A stretch of 64,000 nucleotides of DNA, the filler included, from Hyphochytrium catenoides (taxonomy: Eukaryota; Protista; Hyphochytriomycota), in the NCBI GenBank assembly GCA_900088475.1. It is 10 parts of 10 records of this genome, joined end to end, with 100 filler letters (N's around TTAATTAATTAA, not from the genome) between each part and the next. Parts side by side here need not be neighbours in the genome. Positions count along the whole stretch, not along the records: positions 17,652 to 33,741 come from FLMG01001072.1; positions 33,842 to 42,802 come from FLMG01003667.1; 8 more parts are not named here. One strand, 5' to 3'. Below the pieces are notes generated by a model, which was not told where the DNA came from, ran no database searches, and saw only the letters and a program-made list of their open reading frames with translations. Below, in pieces: positions 27,601 to 40,083 of the stretch. A program made the translations under genes and the position numbers. How positions within the stretch are numbered: the first letter of the stretch is position 1; the number at the start of each line of letters is the position of its first letter.

Positions 27601-29889
27601 TAAGTAGCCGCCGTAACCTCGCTTTTCTCTGGCCGCTCATGAAATAGTAGGGCTCAGTTACCTTACTGATCAGATAATCAGTCACGCGATAGTGTCCCTC
27701 CCTGCAAGACAGCTCTAAAGCATTCAAATCCCGACCGTCTGGCCCTAGCTTCAGCTCATTCGGGTCTTGTCCGCCGCATATATAGAGAGAAATCTAGCAT
27801 TGCAGTGAGAGATTTATGGAATTGTTTATGGGGACGAGATGACGAGCCTTATTGATGATCAACGGAAAGGCCTATCTCGACCAACCTCTTCAAGTGAGCC
27901 ACTTTCGGCGGCTACCCAGAAGTCCCTTGCCTTCCTAATGCTGTCAGACTCTTTGGTTGTTCTCGCTTGCTTGAGGATTTCTTGCTTTAGAAAGGGCAGG
28001 TGATGGAGGTTTACGCCTCCCCATCTTTCCAAACTCTAAACGAAGTACCCATTTAGAAGATGTATTAGAGACAACCGAGGCCAACGAAGAGAAAAAGTAG
28101 GAAGGAGGTTCGCAGCGAGGGAGCAAGGGAGAGAGAACAAAGTGAACCTCGACTACCTCCACAATAGCTTCTCTTTCCATCCCGGCCTTAGCCTGGTATT
28201 GTATCCATTCCATCCACTGTGAGGGCAGACGAGATTGGAAGCCTGCTGGCTTCAGATCAGGGTGCTTTTCCATAATAGCCGAGATAGTTGCCGAATAGAT
28301 GTCAATATGTCAGCAGAACTTCTTCAGATAGGTTTATTTCTTTGAATACCTGCTCTATTAGCCGATCGAGAGACAATTTGCAAGCGATCCTTTGAATCAG
28401 CTGGGTATTCTTTCCTGGCACGAATCCCTATGAAATGAGACGTCGGACGCTACATAAGTGGTGCGTTGGGGACGTTGTCCAACTGCCACGTCAGCCCATC
28501 GCGCACCGTCTCGTTTTGGGTCCACTTAATGATTCCCAATCTTCCCACTCGCGGCGTTTTGCTCAACTATAAGGAAAGTGTGGGGCGCACCTTGAGGACT
28601 AGCTTTCCTAGAACTTCCTCTGGCCTAGCTCCATTCTTCAGATTCTGAAAGACCCAAGACTCCCACTCTGCGGGAATTACTCCTGGGTCCACCTTGATAC
28701 CTGGCAGAAGTGCCTGTCTCCTGTCTGTCAAAAATGTCGTATGCTAGCTAGTAGACTTTTCATGGTTTCATGGCACCTTTAGTCTGTCCAGCGCGGCCAG
28801 CGCGGCCTTGAATTTTGCTTCTCTAGTGGTCTTCCCAATGCCGTCAAAGTAGCGCTCCTGGGTATATGGAAGACCGTCAGTCACGCGTGCAAGGTCGGCT
28901 TCCCCTACAAAGAACCTTTGCAGCGCTTAAAGGGCATGCCATAATTCTTATCGTCCATGCGGTAGCTTTAAAGTCTATCGAGGTCTTTCCGCATGTCCCT
29001 TCCCATTCAAGCTCTTCGTTATATGGACCCAATGCTTCAAACCTACCTGATGAACAGCTTGAACTTTATTGTCTTTCATCTCATGCCAGATGCCGCTGAC
29101 GTATGCTCTAACTACAAAGTGTTTCTGCTGGGAGCTGGTCCCTTTTCTTTCTTCAAAGAGCTGGAACCAGACCTTCAAATCCCGTTTTTCTGTATTGCGA
29201 AAGTCAGCGGTGCATTCATCGCTCATACTTATGACTAGTCACCTGTCTCGGCTTGTAGAATGGCCACCGGACTGTTGTTCAGGCTCTTTACTACCGCCTG
29301 CACGTCTCCAAAGCGAGGATCTCCCTGGCGCGCCTTCACGAGCATCTGCAAGGCAGAGGGACAGCCGTATGTGGAAACGGACAGGAGGAAGCCGCTTGCC
29401 TCTTACAAGTACGTACCACTATGAACTCTTGGAAATCAATGGAGCCATTGCCATTGGTATCAATCTCAGCGACCAATTCTGAGAGTCGTTTTGTAGTCAT
29501 CTCCACCCCAAGAGACTCAAATATCTTCGCAAGCTGAGGGGACGGCAAACAGGCACCTGGTTGTGAGTGGATGCCCAAGTTTGATGGATGCAGACTCGGT
29601 GTAAAGCACCTTACCTCTTCATAATCAATCTCGCCGCTTTGATCAGCGTCATACTCCGAGAAGAGTGCCTTGATCTGTGCCGGCAGCATCATGATCCTTA
29701 GAGCAAGGGACTTTCTAATTTGAGATGACTAAAGCTTACCTCCTCATGTTGTGAGGGTGTTATCTGATTTCGATAGTCCAGGGGAATATGCCAACGATCA
29801 TTGTCAGGGGCGGGATCCTTGGCCTCTGACGGTGGAGAGCCTTTAGGCTCACTTTGTTCAATATCATTGCCCTCTTTCCCAGCTGCCAT
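18672..29889 (-). CDS. Large multidomain protein of about 40 exons: 2 EF-hands, dsRBD-like motif, ankyrin repeats, 4 WW domains, coiled region, TRAF-type Zn fingers, Gly-rich domain
   Basis: EF loops DADQSGEIDYEE and DTNGNGSIDFQE; dsRBD tail FDGIGKTTREAKFKAALAALDRL; ANK motifs GRTAGHIAAYHGH, GNTLLHTAAKRGH, GQTPLHVAC; WW WQQYLDLSTGRKFYYNKRTGVSQWEKP; Zn fingers CDWGC..H..CPLRLVACPLGC and CPNRVLKCSWPGC; VKVQAWGAGGGSG, VLIAAGGGGGGS. Exons splice in phase end to end. Confidence 0.8.
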
Positions 29890-30201
29890 CCTATATGGTA
29901 AGCGGCCAGGCTTCGCAGCCCGTGGATTATTGCAATGTCATTTCCTTCCTCGGCTTTCTTCGAAGCTTAATGTTGTACATGGGATAACTGAAGCACTCTC
30001 CTTTCCTTGATCAAAAGCTTTTGACGACAGATCATCGTCCTTCCTGACAGAGTAGGGAAGGAATCACTGTCTTTCAAGGAGACAACCTCGGTCAGACAAA
30101 ACCCTGAAGGAATAGTGCCCTCTGGCCTGACCGAGATCTCTCTTCAACCTGCTCCGCTCCAGCACGTGCGACACTGCTTATTACCCCGCTACCCTGTGCG
30201 G

Positions 30202-31147
30202 ATGAGGGTGAAGATCGAAAGGTCAACCAGCACACAGGAACGATCCCATCAACTCTCCAGTAACGCAAAAACCAGAGATCTGATAATCCTTGTGATTATC
30301 AACAACGATGTGAAACGACCTGAGCTGGCATCGCTGGTAGAAAAGAACTTCCAGGAGATGCAAAAGGCGTAAGAGTCTGATTCTTGGGCGCTGGGTGCCT
30401 CTGCATCCTCGTCCCAGCCTTCTTCCCGTCTAGGCCCAGCATTTGAGCAGAGATGCGATTCTTGGAGATAGCACACTCCGGAGTCTTTGGGAGAATAGGA
30501 CTTTGGGGAAGCCAGGAGACCTAACCGGAGAATGGCGGTTTGCGAAGAGTGTAGAATAGTCTGACTGTCTCCAAATCTGCTTAGATAGCTGCTGAGACTG
30601 GATCTACTAACTGCTTCCACACAAGGTAGTCTAAGAATAGATGACTAGCTGTTCTGCTGTAATCTCACAATAGCAATCATGGCAGGCGCTTTAAATAGCT
30701 GAGGGTGCAGTCCCTGCGTTGACGAGACTACGTTAAGCTACGAACGCTGGCCTTTCTGGCTCCTTACGGATCGTTTGTTATGGACTAACTTGAACCTCCC
30801 GGGCCAGTGACGAGACGCTCTCAATTTTGTGCGTAACTCAAGAAGCCCTCGATCCCATCTACAAGGCCATTAGTTACCGATACACACCGATGCAGCCCAG
30901 AAGGATGCACCACCGATATCTGGATGAAGGAGCAACTTGTGCCCGTCGCGCATCCCAGGGATGCATTCCAGTATCCTGCAAGCCTGTCATGAGGGTGGGT
31001 ACCAATGACTTTTATTGGGCAAAGCAGCCTGTATTGTCTCAGGTTTCTATCTTCATCTGGTGTTGTAAGCTGAATGAGGCTTTAACCATCTGTAGGCTGC
31101 AAGGGGCTCAAGAATACGCCTCAACACGGTCTTTAATCGGGCTTGAC
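30202..31147 (+). CDS. Possible small three-exon hypothetical gene
   Basis: MRVKIER...NFQEMQKA (phase-2 donor gtaag) fits the phase-2 exon DETLSILCVTQEALDPIYK...PVLSQ, then AARGSRIRLNTVFNRA*; no recognisable domain. Confidence 0.3.
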
Positions 31148-31413
31148 GCGGTCAAGGGTTTGTAGCTTGCAAATATCTCTCTCTGCAATTGTAGCTGACA
31201 AGCTTAGTGCCACTCAAAGACAACTTCCACTCTGGGCTGGCATCTCAAAGAGATGTCACAGGAGCCTACGGCTAATGCTTCTCCTTCTGCTTGTAGGACA
31301 TCCTTCGATTAGCTCATAATGTAAATCTTCTCTAGCAACTATAGCTGCCAACACTTGGCAGCAGCCACAGACGATTTCGATTCTGGGCTGGTGGGCAGTA
31401 CGTAATGGTCTGA

Positions 31414-32545
31414 CTAGGGTTGATCTTTCTTCTTCTTCTTCTTCTTCTTCAACCCTGCAAACTTGCCTAAGCCCTCCTGCACAAAGTATTTAGAAAAGTG
31501 CCTTGTTGACCGACGCACCCAGTACGTCTACTTACCTCGTCTGAAGCCGCCTTATCAGGCTCTACGTCAGCTGATTCAGAAGCTGATGCTCCTGCAGTAT
31601 CCTCCACAGCTGTGGCAGCCGCTTCATCTCCTGTAGGTACCGCGCCTTCCGAATCTTCCACCGAAAGGTTGTCTAGCGCACTTGTTGCCGCTGCAGCCCC
31701 TCCGTTCTCAGCCTCGTCGGTTTCCTGTGCTGACTCAGAAGGGGCAGGAGCAGCTTCTTCAGTCGTTTGTTCCTTGCTAGCCTCATCCTGGCAAACGACG
31801 GTTGGTTTAATAGGAACATCTGGTTTACATGGGTCGTGCTGCACTCACATCTGAGTCATTCTCGCTGAAGGTGGCCCAAATATTCTGTGTCTTGATCTTT
31901 GGAGGCTGGGCAACCTCCATAGGCTTATTACCCATACCTCCTAGAGTCGGAAACTGCCTCTCATTGCTGAGCTGAAGCTGGCGTGCCTGCTCTTGTCTTA
32001 GCCGCTCTCGCTCACGCCATCCTAGTGAGGTCACATCAACTTGAGGCTAGGGACGTGTTAGATAGGTTGATGCTTTGGCAACCCCCACGCGAAATACGTA
32101 CAATCTCAGCAGTCTTTTCTGATTCTTTCTTCTTCTTGCCCTGCTGTCTTGCCCAGTGGAAAGCCTTTTTAGCTTCCTCTCTTTGCTGTACGTCCTCATC
32201 GTCGTTATCACTCTGCCGGTTCCTAGATGAAGTGTTAAATATAGGCGGGTCTGTCCTGACAGCACCGAGAAGTGCTTACTCTAAATCAGCAACCACTTTG
32301 CCCGAAGTGCGAATTACACTCTTCTTCTCCTCCACCGTTTCTATCCATCCGTTGTCATCCTTAAGTGCAGTCTTCTTGCGCTGACCTGGACTACCAGGCG
32401 CTGTCAGCGACCTAAAACCCAAAAGGTTAGACGTTCTATCCCAGGATCGCACAATGGTTGCAACGACCGCTTACGTTGGCTTCTTCTTTTTGTCCTTCTT
32501 CTTCTTGAAAAAGGAAGACAAATCCTTCTGCTCTGGTTCTGCCAT
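31414..32545 (-). CDS. CDV3-like low-complexity protein
   Basis: MAEPEQKDLSSFFKKKKDKKKKPT resembles the CDV3 N-terminal FF+basic motif; NERQFPTLGG motif; acidic tail ending GKFAGLKKKKKKKKDQP*; six GT-AG exons. Confidence 0.65.
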
Positions 32546-33123
32546 GCTCTGGTGTTCTTGTTCCAGCTCCAAATAGCGATTGCAACTTCGACAGTGGGAT
32601 ACTTCCAGAGCCAGACAACAGAACAGAGACGCACTCGCCCCCGAAGCTGTTTCCTGGTCTGGCAACAAGGAATGCCAATAATCTTCTTCGAACTTGATTG
32701 TGATTCTTATAGACAGAGGGAGATCTCTCTGGGACATGTGCTCCCATTTCCCATGCTGCGCAGCGGGCGGGTGGCGGCACTTTGGCCGGGGCGGGTAGGC
32801 CATAATGAGGGGCTGGGACGGGCAATTGAAGCAATGCTCATTATTGTCGTATTGCTCTTCTTGTATTCTTGTAACTCTCTGCTTGGTGCTTTGCCAACAC
32901 ACAAGAAAAACATTTTTGGAATATTCTCCGAAGAAAGTCGTAATCTCTCATCTCTCAGATACAGCTTGGTTAGTAGAGCTCCAGGTTTGATGAGTCAATT
33001 GAAGGAAGAGAAGCATCAGGTTCTATCTTTAGTGGTAGGTTTCGCCTTATGCTCTAGCTCTATCAGCAGCAGCAGACAGGACTATCAGCTAGTAGTAGTA
33101 GATCTCGTAGAGGAGAAGAATGG

Positions 33124-33201
33124 GCTGAGACTCTAGTCATTCTCTTCCCTTTGATGAGTTAGCTGAGACTCTAGTCATCCTCTTCCCTTTGATAAGTTAG
33201 C
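33124..33201. repeat. 38-bp tandem duplication
   Basis: gctgagactctagtcat(t/c)ctcttccctttgat(g/a)agtta x2. Confidence 0.9.
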
Positions 33202-33841
33202 GGTGCTTCGGTGCGAGATCTTCCTACAGAGATTGATGGGCACTTGCTCTAGTGGTAGGGTTGGACCAGTAGGAAGGTCGTGCGGGTTTATCAGCACTAG
33301 TGGTTTAGTATATTATCAAGGATAAGTTTATGATCATATGGAGCTGTACCTCCATATACTTCTTCTTTACCCAGGGAAAAGCAGCGATGAAGAGATCAAC
33401 GGTAGAGTGTGATCCTGGCTATGCCCAACCACACTTGACAAGACTCATTTAACGTACTTAGCTAGGAGTTCAGTTAACTCCCAGTAACTGTTCTCATATT
33501 TGGCGCACACCGCTGGCGGAGATGGCCGGTCTAAAAGTAGTCATCAGTTCTTGGCGAAAGAGAGCGATCTGCACCAAATAAGAGGAAGTTTATACCCTGG
33601 GCCGTGAACGTCCGTTGAGGACATCTAGGATGGATCGAAATATCCAATCATGAGGCACCCGTAGTAACCTCCACTCACTCGATACAGAATCGACGACCCC
33701 ACCAAGAGGTACAGAGCATCTCAAACCACTAAACACTTTGCNNNNNNNNNNNNNNNNNNNNNNNNNNNNNNNNNNNNNNNNNNNNTTAATTAATTAANNN
33801 NNNNNNNNNNNNNNNNNNNNNNNNNNNNNNNNNNNNNNNNN

Positions 33842-34390
33842 GGCGCCAGAGGTAGCACTAGGCGAAGGCAGCCTACCGGTCAGCTCACTGGCTTCATCTA
33901 TTCCATCTGCGGGAGAGAAGGTAGAAGACTTTCGGTCGTCAAGCCTGTCTTCCGCGCCCTTTCTCTACAATGCCCCAGTAAAAGAGGAAGGAGAGGAGCG
34001 CTGGCAACCAAATAAAGCACTGAGGGGACTACCTCATGACGGAGCAAAGACACAAGACGCCAGCTGGACGAACTTTATCTCAGAGCTCGTAGTTCTGGAA
34101 GACAAGCCCAACTCGCAGAAGGCGCGGACCATTCTGACCCAAGCAGCAGAGCGTGTGGCTCCTATCATGGAGGTATGATAACGTGGGAAGGCCCTGAGGG
34201 AAGAAGTCTGGCTGAGAAGAGACTCCCATGGGCTCCTTTCTTTACGGTCCGTCTATTATCCTCTCCTGTCTCGTACTCGGTCCTTTTGCTCTCTCCGACA
34301 CATTTCCTTTTGCTTTTCTTCATCTTCCCATCACTTTGATGAGTGTTGTTTGCATCCCTCCTCTTCAGTGTCTGTTGGCCTCCATCCGTT

Positions 34391-34422
<32 letters not shown>

Positions 34423-35543
34423 GCTCTCTCTCGCTCTCTCTCGCTCTCTCTCGCTCTCTCTCTCCTCGCTCCTGACCGTCTGATAGATGATAGAAGATTA
34501 TTCAACACTTCATTCCCCTATAAGAACATCGATGGCACGTCCCAACGGTGAAGGAGGAGGAGTTCTTATCGCGCCCCAAACTACTGGGCCAGAACGTAAG
34601 GAGAGGACGTCAAATCTTAGTTCGCTGTAAGGCAGAGAGACACCACTTTTCTCTTTGTGTTGGGTCAGCCGGACTTAGAGAGAGCTCCTTCTCCCTTCTA
34701 CTAACCTTGTGTTCTCGCTTCCCAATCGTCTCCTAATGTGTTCTTCTCATTTTCTCAACTCTGTCTCTCTCTTCTTTCTCTCCTATGCCCATCTTCCTGC
34801 TCCTTGTCAATTCTCTCCAACTTTTCTGAGCTGCCTTTCTTTCTTTGTTTGCAACTTCTCTCTCACAATTTCTCTTCTTTCTTCGTCTTTGCTTCATGGC
34901 TGTCCTTCTTCTTTCTTTCCCTCTCTGGTTCATATGTAGTGAGACCACGTCAAGACCCCACGAAGTTCTATTCTTTTGACTGCGTTACTAGGACCCTCTT
35001 GCACGAGCTAGCGCACAATGTAAGGGAAAGAAAGCCTCTGGCACAGTGTTGAGTAGCCTTGAGGGCGGACTTCAGGAAGAGAATGGACAGGAGAGAACGG
35101 CTGGGAAGAGTGACTCGCAGCAACCGTACTCCAAGTAAACGGGGACGACAGGGAAGAGTGAGGCAATGGTGCTTTGAGAATAGTACGCTCTTTGAGAAGT
35201 GGCAGTTGAAGAGAGAGAGAGACAAAGAAAGAAGAAAGGGAGAGTCCGCTCTCTCACTCATGTATCTCATTCCCAAAGTACTGAGCTTGCTTTTTTTCTT
35301 TAGGATGTGCGGGGCCATGGCCATGACTTCTACAAGGTAGAGGAAGACCAAGAAACGGACTCACGCGGCTGCTCCTTTCCTCTCTCTTCTCGCTCTCTCA
35401 ACACGTCTTCTGAACTAATGAGCTCACATCCTGTGGCCCTTGAACAGTTACTGAATGCAATGCTGAGCAAAGTTGGCCTTGACGCCAACGCGGTGGATGG
35501 CGGTGGCGCATGGCACAGCTCAGGCTGCGAGGACCCAAGGTGA
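33842..35543 (+). CDS. WLM (Wss1-like) zinc metalloprotease, 5'-truncated
   Basis: ARTILTQAAERVAPIME / HRWHVPTVKEEEF..KLLGQNVRRGRQILVR|LRPRQDPTKFYSFDCVTRTLLHELAHN|DVRGHGHDFYK|LLNAM contains the HELAH...H zinc motif. One splice junction is 1 nt out of phase. Confidence 0.85.
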
Positions 35544-36582
35544 GCGCTTAAAAGACGGGAAGGGCCCAACCCCGCCACATTCTCCACGGCACAGTGTTCT
35601 CAAGAGCCAAGAGTGGTCCTAATAAGTTTGGTTCCTTTCGTTCTCAGGACCTTCCAAGAGTAAGGCTGACCTTGACCCAGCGTTAGGATCCTCTCATCAC
35701 AAAGCTCAAGGATCAGGAGATGCAACTCGTCCCTCATTTGTCTATGATGTCCCTTATTGTTCTTCACCGGATGTACGAATGGAACAGCGGAAGTCAATGT
35801 CTCACAGTCTCTGTTATTGGAAACCCAATCTCTGTAATACAATTTTGAACGGAGATTCGACAGATCTTCACAATGAGTTTCGCACCGTTCCTCGGGCACT
35901 AGAGCTCAGTAAGACCTTCCAGCGACATGCAAACCTCACCGAAGATGATGCTTGGTAGACAGGATGGCTATGAGGGACAGCTACAGGACACATCTAACAT
36001 GTGCTGCGCCCTGTGCTGAGCATGCCTGACTTGTCTCAATAAGCGTTCAGGCGGAAAGAAAGACAGTCTTGCTCCATCAGCTTTTCTCTCTAGTATTCCT
36101 ACTTCTGCATGGTATCCAAGCTTCTGAGCTCTGGATTTCCAGTTCTCGTCCACTGTCGCGATGCCGACAATTTGCCTGGCGTCTAGCCCAAGCAGTCATG
36201 CTACGTCGTTCTGTTCAGACAGTCATTTAAGAATCAGAGACCCAGCCGTGATGATATCTTCTTGCCATGCTGGCAGGAGCTCTGGCAGGTCCTCGCTGAA
36301 AGACCGAGAGACAAAGTCCGGCTACACATAGAGAAGCAGCGCTGTTGACGGTCTAGGGACGTCAGTCCTGAGGAAGAGTAGAAGACACAGGATGAGCATG
36401 CACGGGCACCTAGGTCCAAAATGATCAAGAATGCATCAGACAGCGGGCAAGACGGAGGCAAGACTTCTAACATTGAGTTAATAGAAAGACAATTTATCGC
36501 ACTATCGAACTCCTGAAGGTACAATAGGACTAACAACTTGGTGACATCTTTGGCTTCGAATCGCAGTCGAGGACATAGGGAA

Positions 36583-37092
36583 TTAGCGCTGAATGGCGCG
36601 TGCTCCCACGGCTCTGAGCATCTCCATTACACGGTAGTCCTCCAGTATCTGACGGTACGTGCTTCTTCTTCTCTCTCTCTCTTCCTCTGTCTCCTCGTTT
36701 TGTCTCCCTCTTTCTGCTTCCCTCTTTTGCGTCTGATAGCTGCCAGCTGTAGCGAGCTTGGCCAAGAGGATGGCAGTGTTCTGCCTGGCCGGTCCGTCAT
36801 CCAAGTCTCGAAGGAGTTGTGCTAGTTGGGCGATGGCGCTCCCCTGAACGCCGTTCACTCTGTGATCGGAGCGAGGAAGACAAGAGAAACTAAGGCGCCA
36901 GAGAATACGTAGCATAGATACCAAGCCAGGAGGAGACATTGTTGAAGCACCAGACGGAAAGGGAGACAATAGCAAAAGAGAGGAGAGTGGAGAGAATGGA
37001 TTTGGGAGGACGGCCAATAGAAGTAGAAGAAAGCAGGATGTTGAGGGATCTGAATGCTTGACAGAAAGGGAGGCACAGAGAGAGAGAGAGAG

Positions 37093-37133
<41 letters not shown>

Positions 37134-38480
37134 CAGGTACCGAATGTCGAATATCTTCTCTAGTAACTCCGGGAAGAGAGAGACAAGAGAGATTAGGATC
37201 TTTGTCACGTTGCCGAAGAGTTGAGTGCTTTCTCGTACGTCCCGGAGATCTTCAGCTCTCGCCGGGCGAAGTTTGAAGACTTTCTCTCCCCCGTGCTCTC
37301 TCTTCTCTCCCTCGTCCAGTCTAGCGGGAGGTAGAGAACGAAAGAGAAAAGCCAACCCAAGTCCTCTTTCCTGGAGAAAGACACTTGCAAGAGACCGTGA
37401 TGTCTCATCTCTGCTAATCAAAGCGGCGAGGATGCGAATCTAAGGTACAGGAGGTCAGCATACGTCCGGCTAGCAGGAAAAGGAGGAAGACGCAAGCAAA
37501 GAGAACGAGGCAACAAGCTCAAAGGCCCAGAAGTTGAGCGAGGAGGGGAAAGCAAAAAAGAGACAGTAGCTCAGGTCCCTGGGACATAAAGTAAGGCTTA
37601 TTCATCATGCTGGCGGAGTCTTGGAAGTAAAGGAGACGCTACGGAGGTGGCAAGAGCGGAGGAACAGAAGGGAAGAGATTAGCAGTCACGCGCTACCAAA
37701 TGCTCTTTGGCGGCCTTTCGGTCCTTGACGCTCCAGTTAGGGAGGCGATTATCCACGTCCAAAGCCTGGAGGATGAGCAGGGGCGAGGAGAGAAGAGCTT
37801 CTCTCGCACCTCTTTCGTTACACAGCCGAGAGGTCAACGCTAGGAGCCTAATCATTGAAAGAGCTGATAGCCCATACAGGTCTGTCGGGGGAAGAGAGAG
37901 AGAGTGTTTGTGTGAGAAAGAGAGAGCGAGAGCGTGACGGGCGGAAGAAGAGTGGAAGGAGAAAGGAGATGATCATGCGCTAAAGGTTTAACCTGGGAGA
38001 ACGGTAAGGAACCGAAGAAGAGAGATTCTACCAAGATGCACCTGTACCTGAATCTCCCAACGCCCTGAGGAGGTACTCGGCGAGGCCTGAGGCGGCGATC
38101 GCCTTGCGCACCGCTCCAGTGGCCTAGTGGTGAGGAGGCAGGGGAGAGGGACAGAGACACAGACAGGAAAACACAGAAAGAGAGAGAGAGCAAAGGAGAG
38201 AGAGAGAGAGAGAGAGAGAGTTAAAAGAGAAAGACAGAAGAGAAAGGCAGAAGAGAGAGAATGTAAGCGTTTAGACAGGCCAAGCACCATATTCAGTGAG
38301 CGTGAATGTGAGCGTGAAGGTCCACTAAGCGACCAGAACTGTCCTTGGTCGGCTCTTTCAGGGCAATATCAACCGCCCCTTGCACTTAGCTACTTTTCAT
38401 TCTAATCCTCTATCGTATGCCCACTAGCCGCCGCTACCTCTCCGCAGGTCTCTTCTCCGTTCTCTCTACTACTACTACTA

Positions 38481-38514
<34 letters not shown>

Positions 38515-40046
38515 ACTCTTCGAGTCTCTCACGCTCTTTCTCTCTTCATTCTTCCACGATAGGCTGAACACTGTTGCCGCTTACCTCTAAGGATGCATTC
38601 ATCAGAGAAGCAAGGGCTAAGCTCCTGGCCTGCGCAGTCTCCTTACGGCCGCGGATGACCGTTGAAAGAGCATCGACCACCTACGAGCGAGAGGGAAGTA
38701 AGGAGAGAATGGGTGAATAGACAAATCGAAAAGACAAAATGTGTTCCAAGGGATGCAGGAGTTAGGAAGATAGAAGCAGAACGGACACAACGAGGGAGAA
38801 GGAGACAACGAGGATAATGGCTAGCAAAAAGAAGGAGAGAGGATGGCGTCGGGAAGAGAACTTGCATCGCCGCCACATAGACTCACCTCGCGCTCTCTAA
38901 AAGCTATTCTTTTGTTCTCCTTTGTGCTGAGGTTGGTGAGTATGGCCGCGACGTCCTCTCTCGCCCTTGAAGAGAGTGACATGCCGCTCTGTGGGTTCAA
39001 TCGCTGAAGGAAGCTAGTAAGCATTCTGCCAGTAAGTTGGCCGGATCCAAAAAAGAAAAAAGGGAGGAGGGGGAGAGAGAGCGAGAGCGAGAGAGAAAGA
39101 GAGAGAGCGAGAGAGAAAAAGAGAGAGAGCGCACGCGCGAGAGAGAGAGAGACCATCTAGCACCCCAAGATGTAAATTAGGCAACGCAAACTGAAAACAT
39201 GGGATACTCCTGCGCTTTGTCCGGCGCCTTCTCGCTTACCTTGCCAAGGAGGTGTACTAAGCATGTGGAAGAGAGGGAAAGCGCGGACGAGAGGCTGTGA
39301 CAGGAGAGGAGTCGCAGGAGAGCCAGAGCCGACTCCACCCTTCCGGAGGATTGCTTTTCTTCCAGAATCAAGAGGACACTTCGGACTGCAAAATCATCCT
39401 AAGACATATACTTAGCGAGACAAACTCTGGGCACAAACGCCCAAGAGAGAGAACAGAAAGGGAAGAAAGAGAGAAAAACATGAAGAAAGAAAGAGCGAGG
39501 GAGCGGGAGAGAGAGAGAGAGGCGTACCTTCAGAATTGCCTTCTGCCAGTCTTCATGCTGTGCACATAGAAGTAACAGTTCCAAAGCTTTGGTTCGTTCT
39601 TCACTACTTCTGACTCCTGGAGCCAGCAACCAGACTATGGGAGAAAGACCAAGACACTGAAGGAGAACCTAGAAGAAAATGAGCAAGCCATAGGAGAGAG
39701 AGAGAGAGTGGGAGAGGGAGAGAGCTATGAGGTAAAGCCCAGAGCCACGTACAACTCTTCACCGCGACTACCAGGGGACAGAGAACTAAAAGAAGAACGG
39801 CGCAAAAAGGAAGAGAGAGAGTTAGAAGATGCTCTCTCTCTCTCTCTCTTCCCTCTTACCTCTGCGTTTCTTTTGTCCTCGGCTACTGCTGCGCTTAGTA
39901 CAGAGGCAAGCGCAGAATTCTCAGCCGCAGAACGCAGAGTTTGTCTGTCCTCTGTGGGTCTGGACGCCCTTGACAGTGACTGAGCCTTGGAAACATCATA
40001 GCTAAAGACATAGATTGTCATTTTTAGCCATAAAATGAACAGACAG

Positions 40047-40083
<37 letters not shown>

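Noticed and set aside
27941-27970. Apparent 30-nt GC-AG mini-intron
   Set aside because: It reads through in frame without a stop (KQARTTKESDS), so one continuous exon is simpler.
32552-33136. 194-aa plus-strand ORF
   Set aside because: Non-ATG start, no recognisable motif, and it lies antisense over the CDV3-like upstream region.
33124-33201. CRISPR-like repeats (also about 9446-9504 and 44013-44060)
   Set aside because: Head-to-tail duplications without unique spacers; no cas genes; eukaryotic context.
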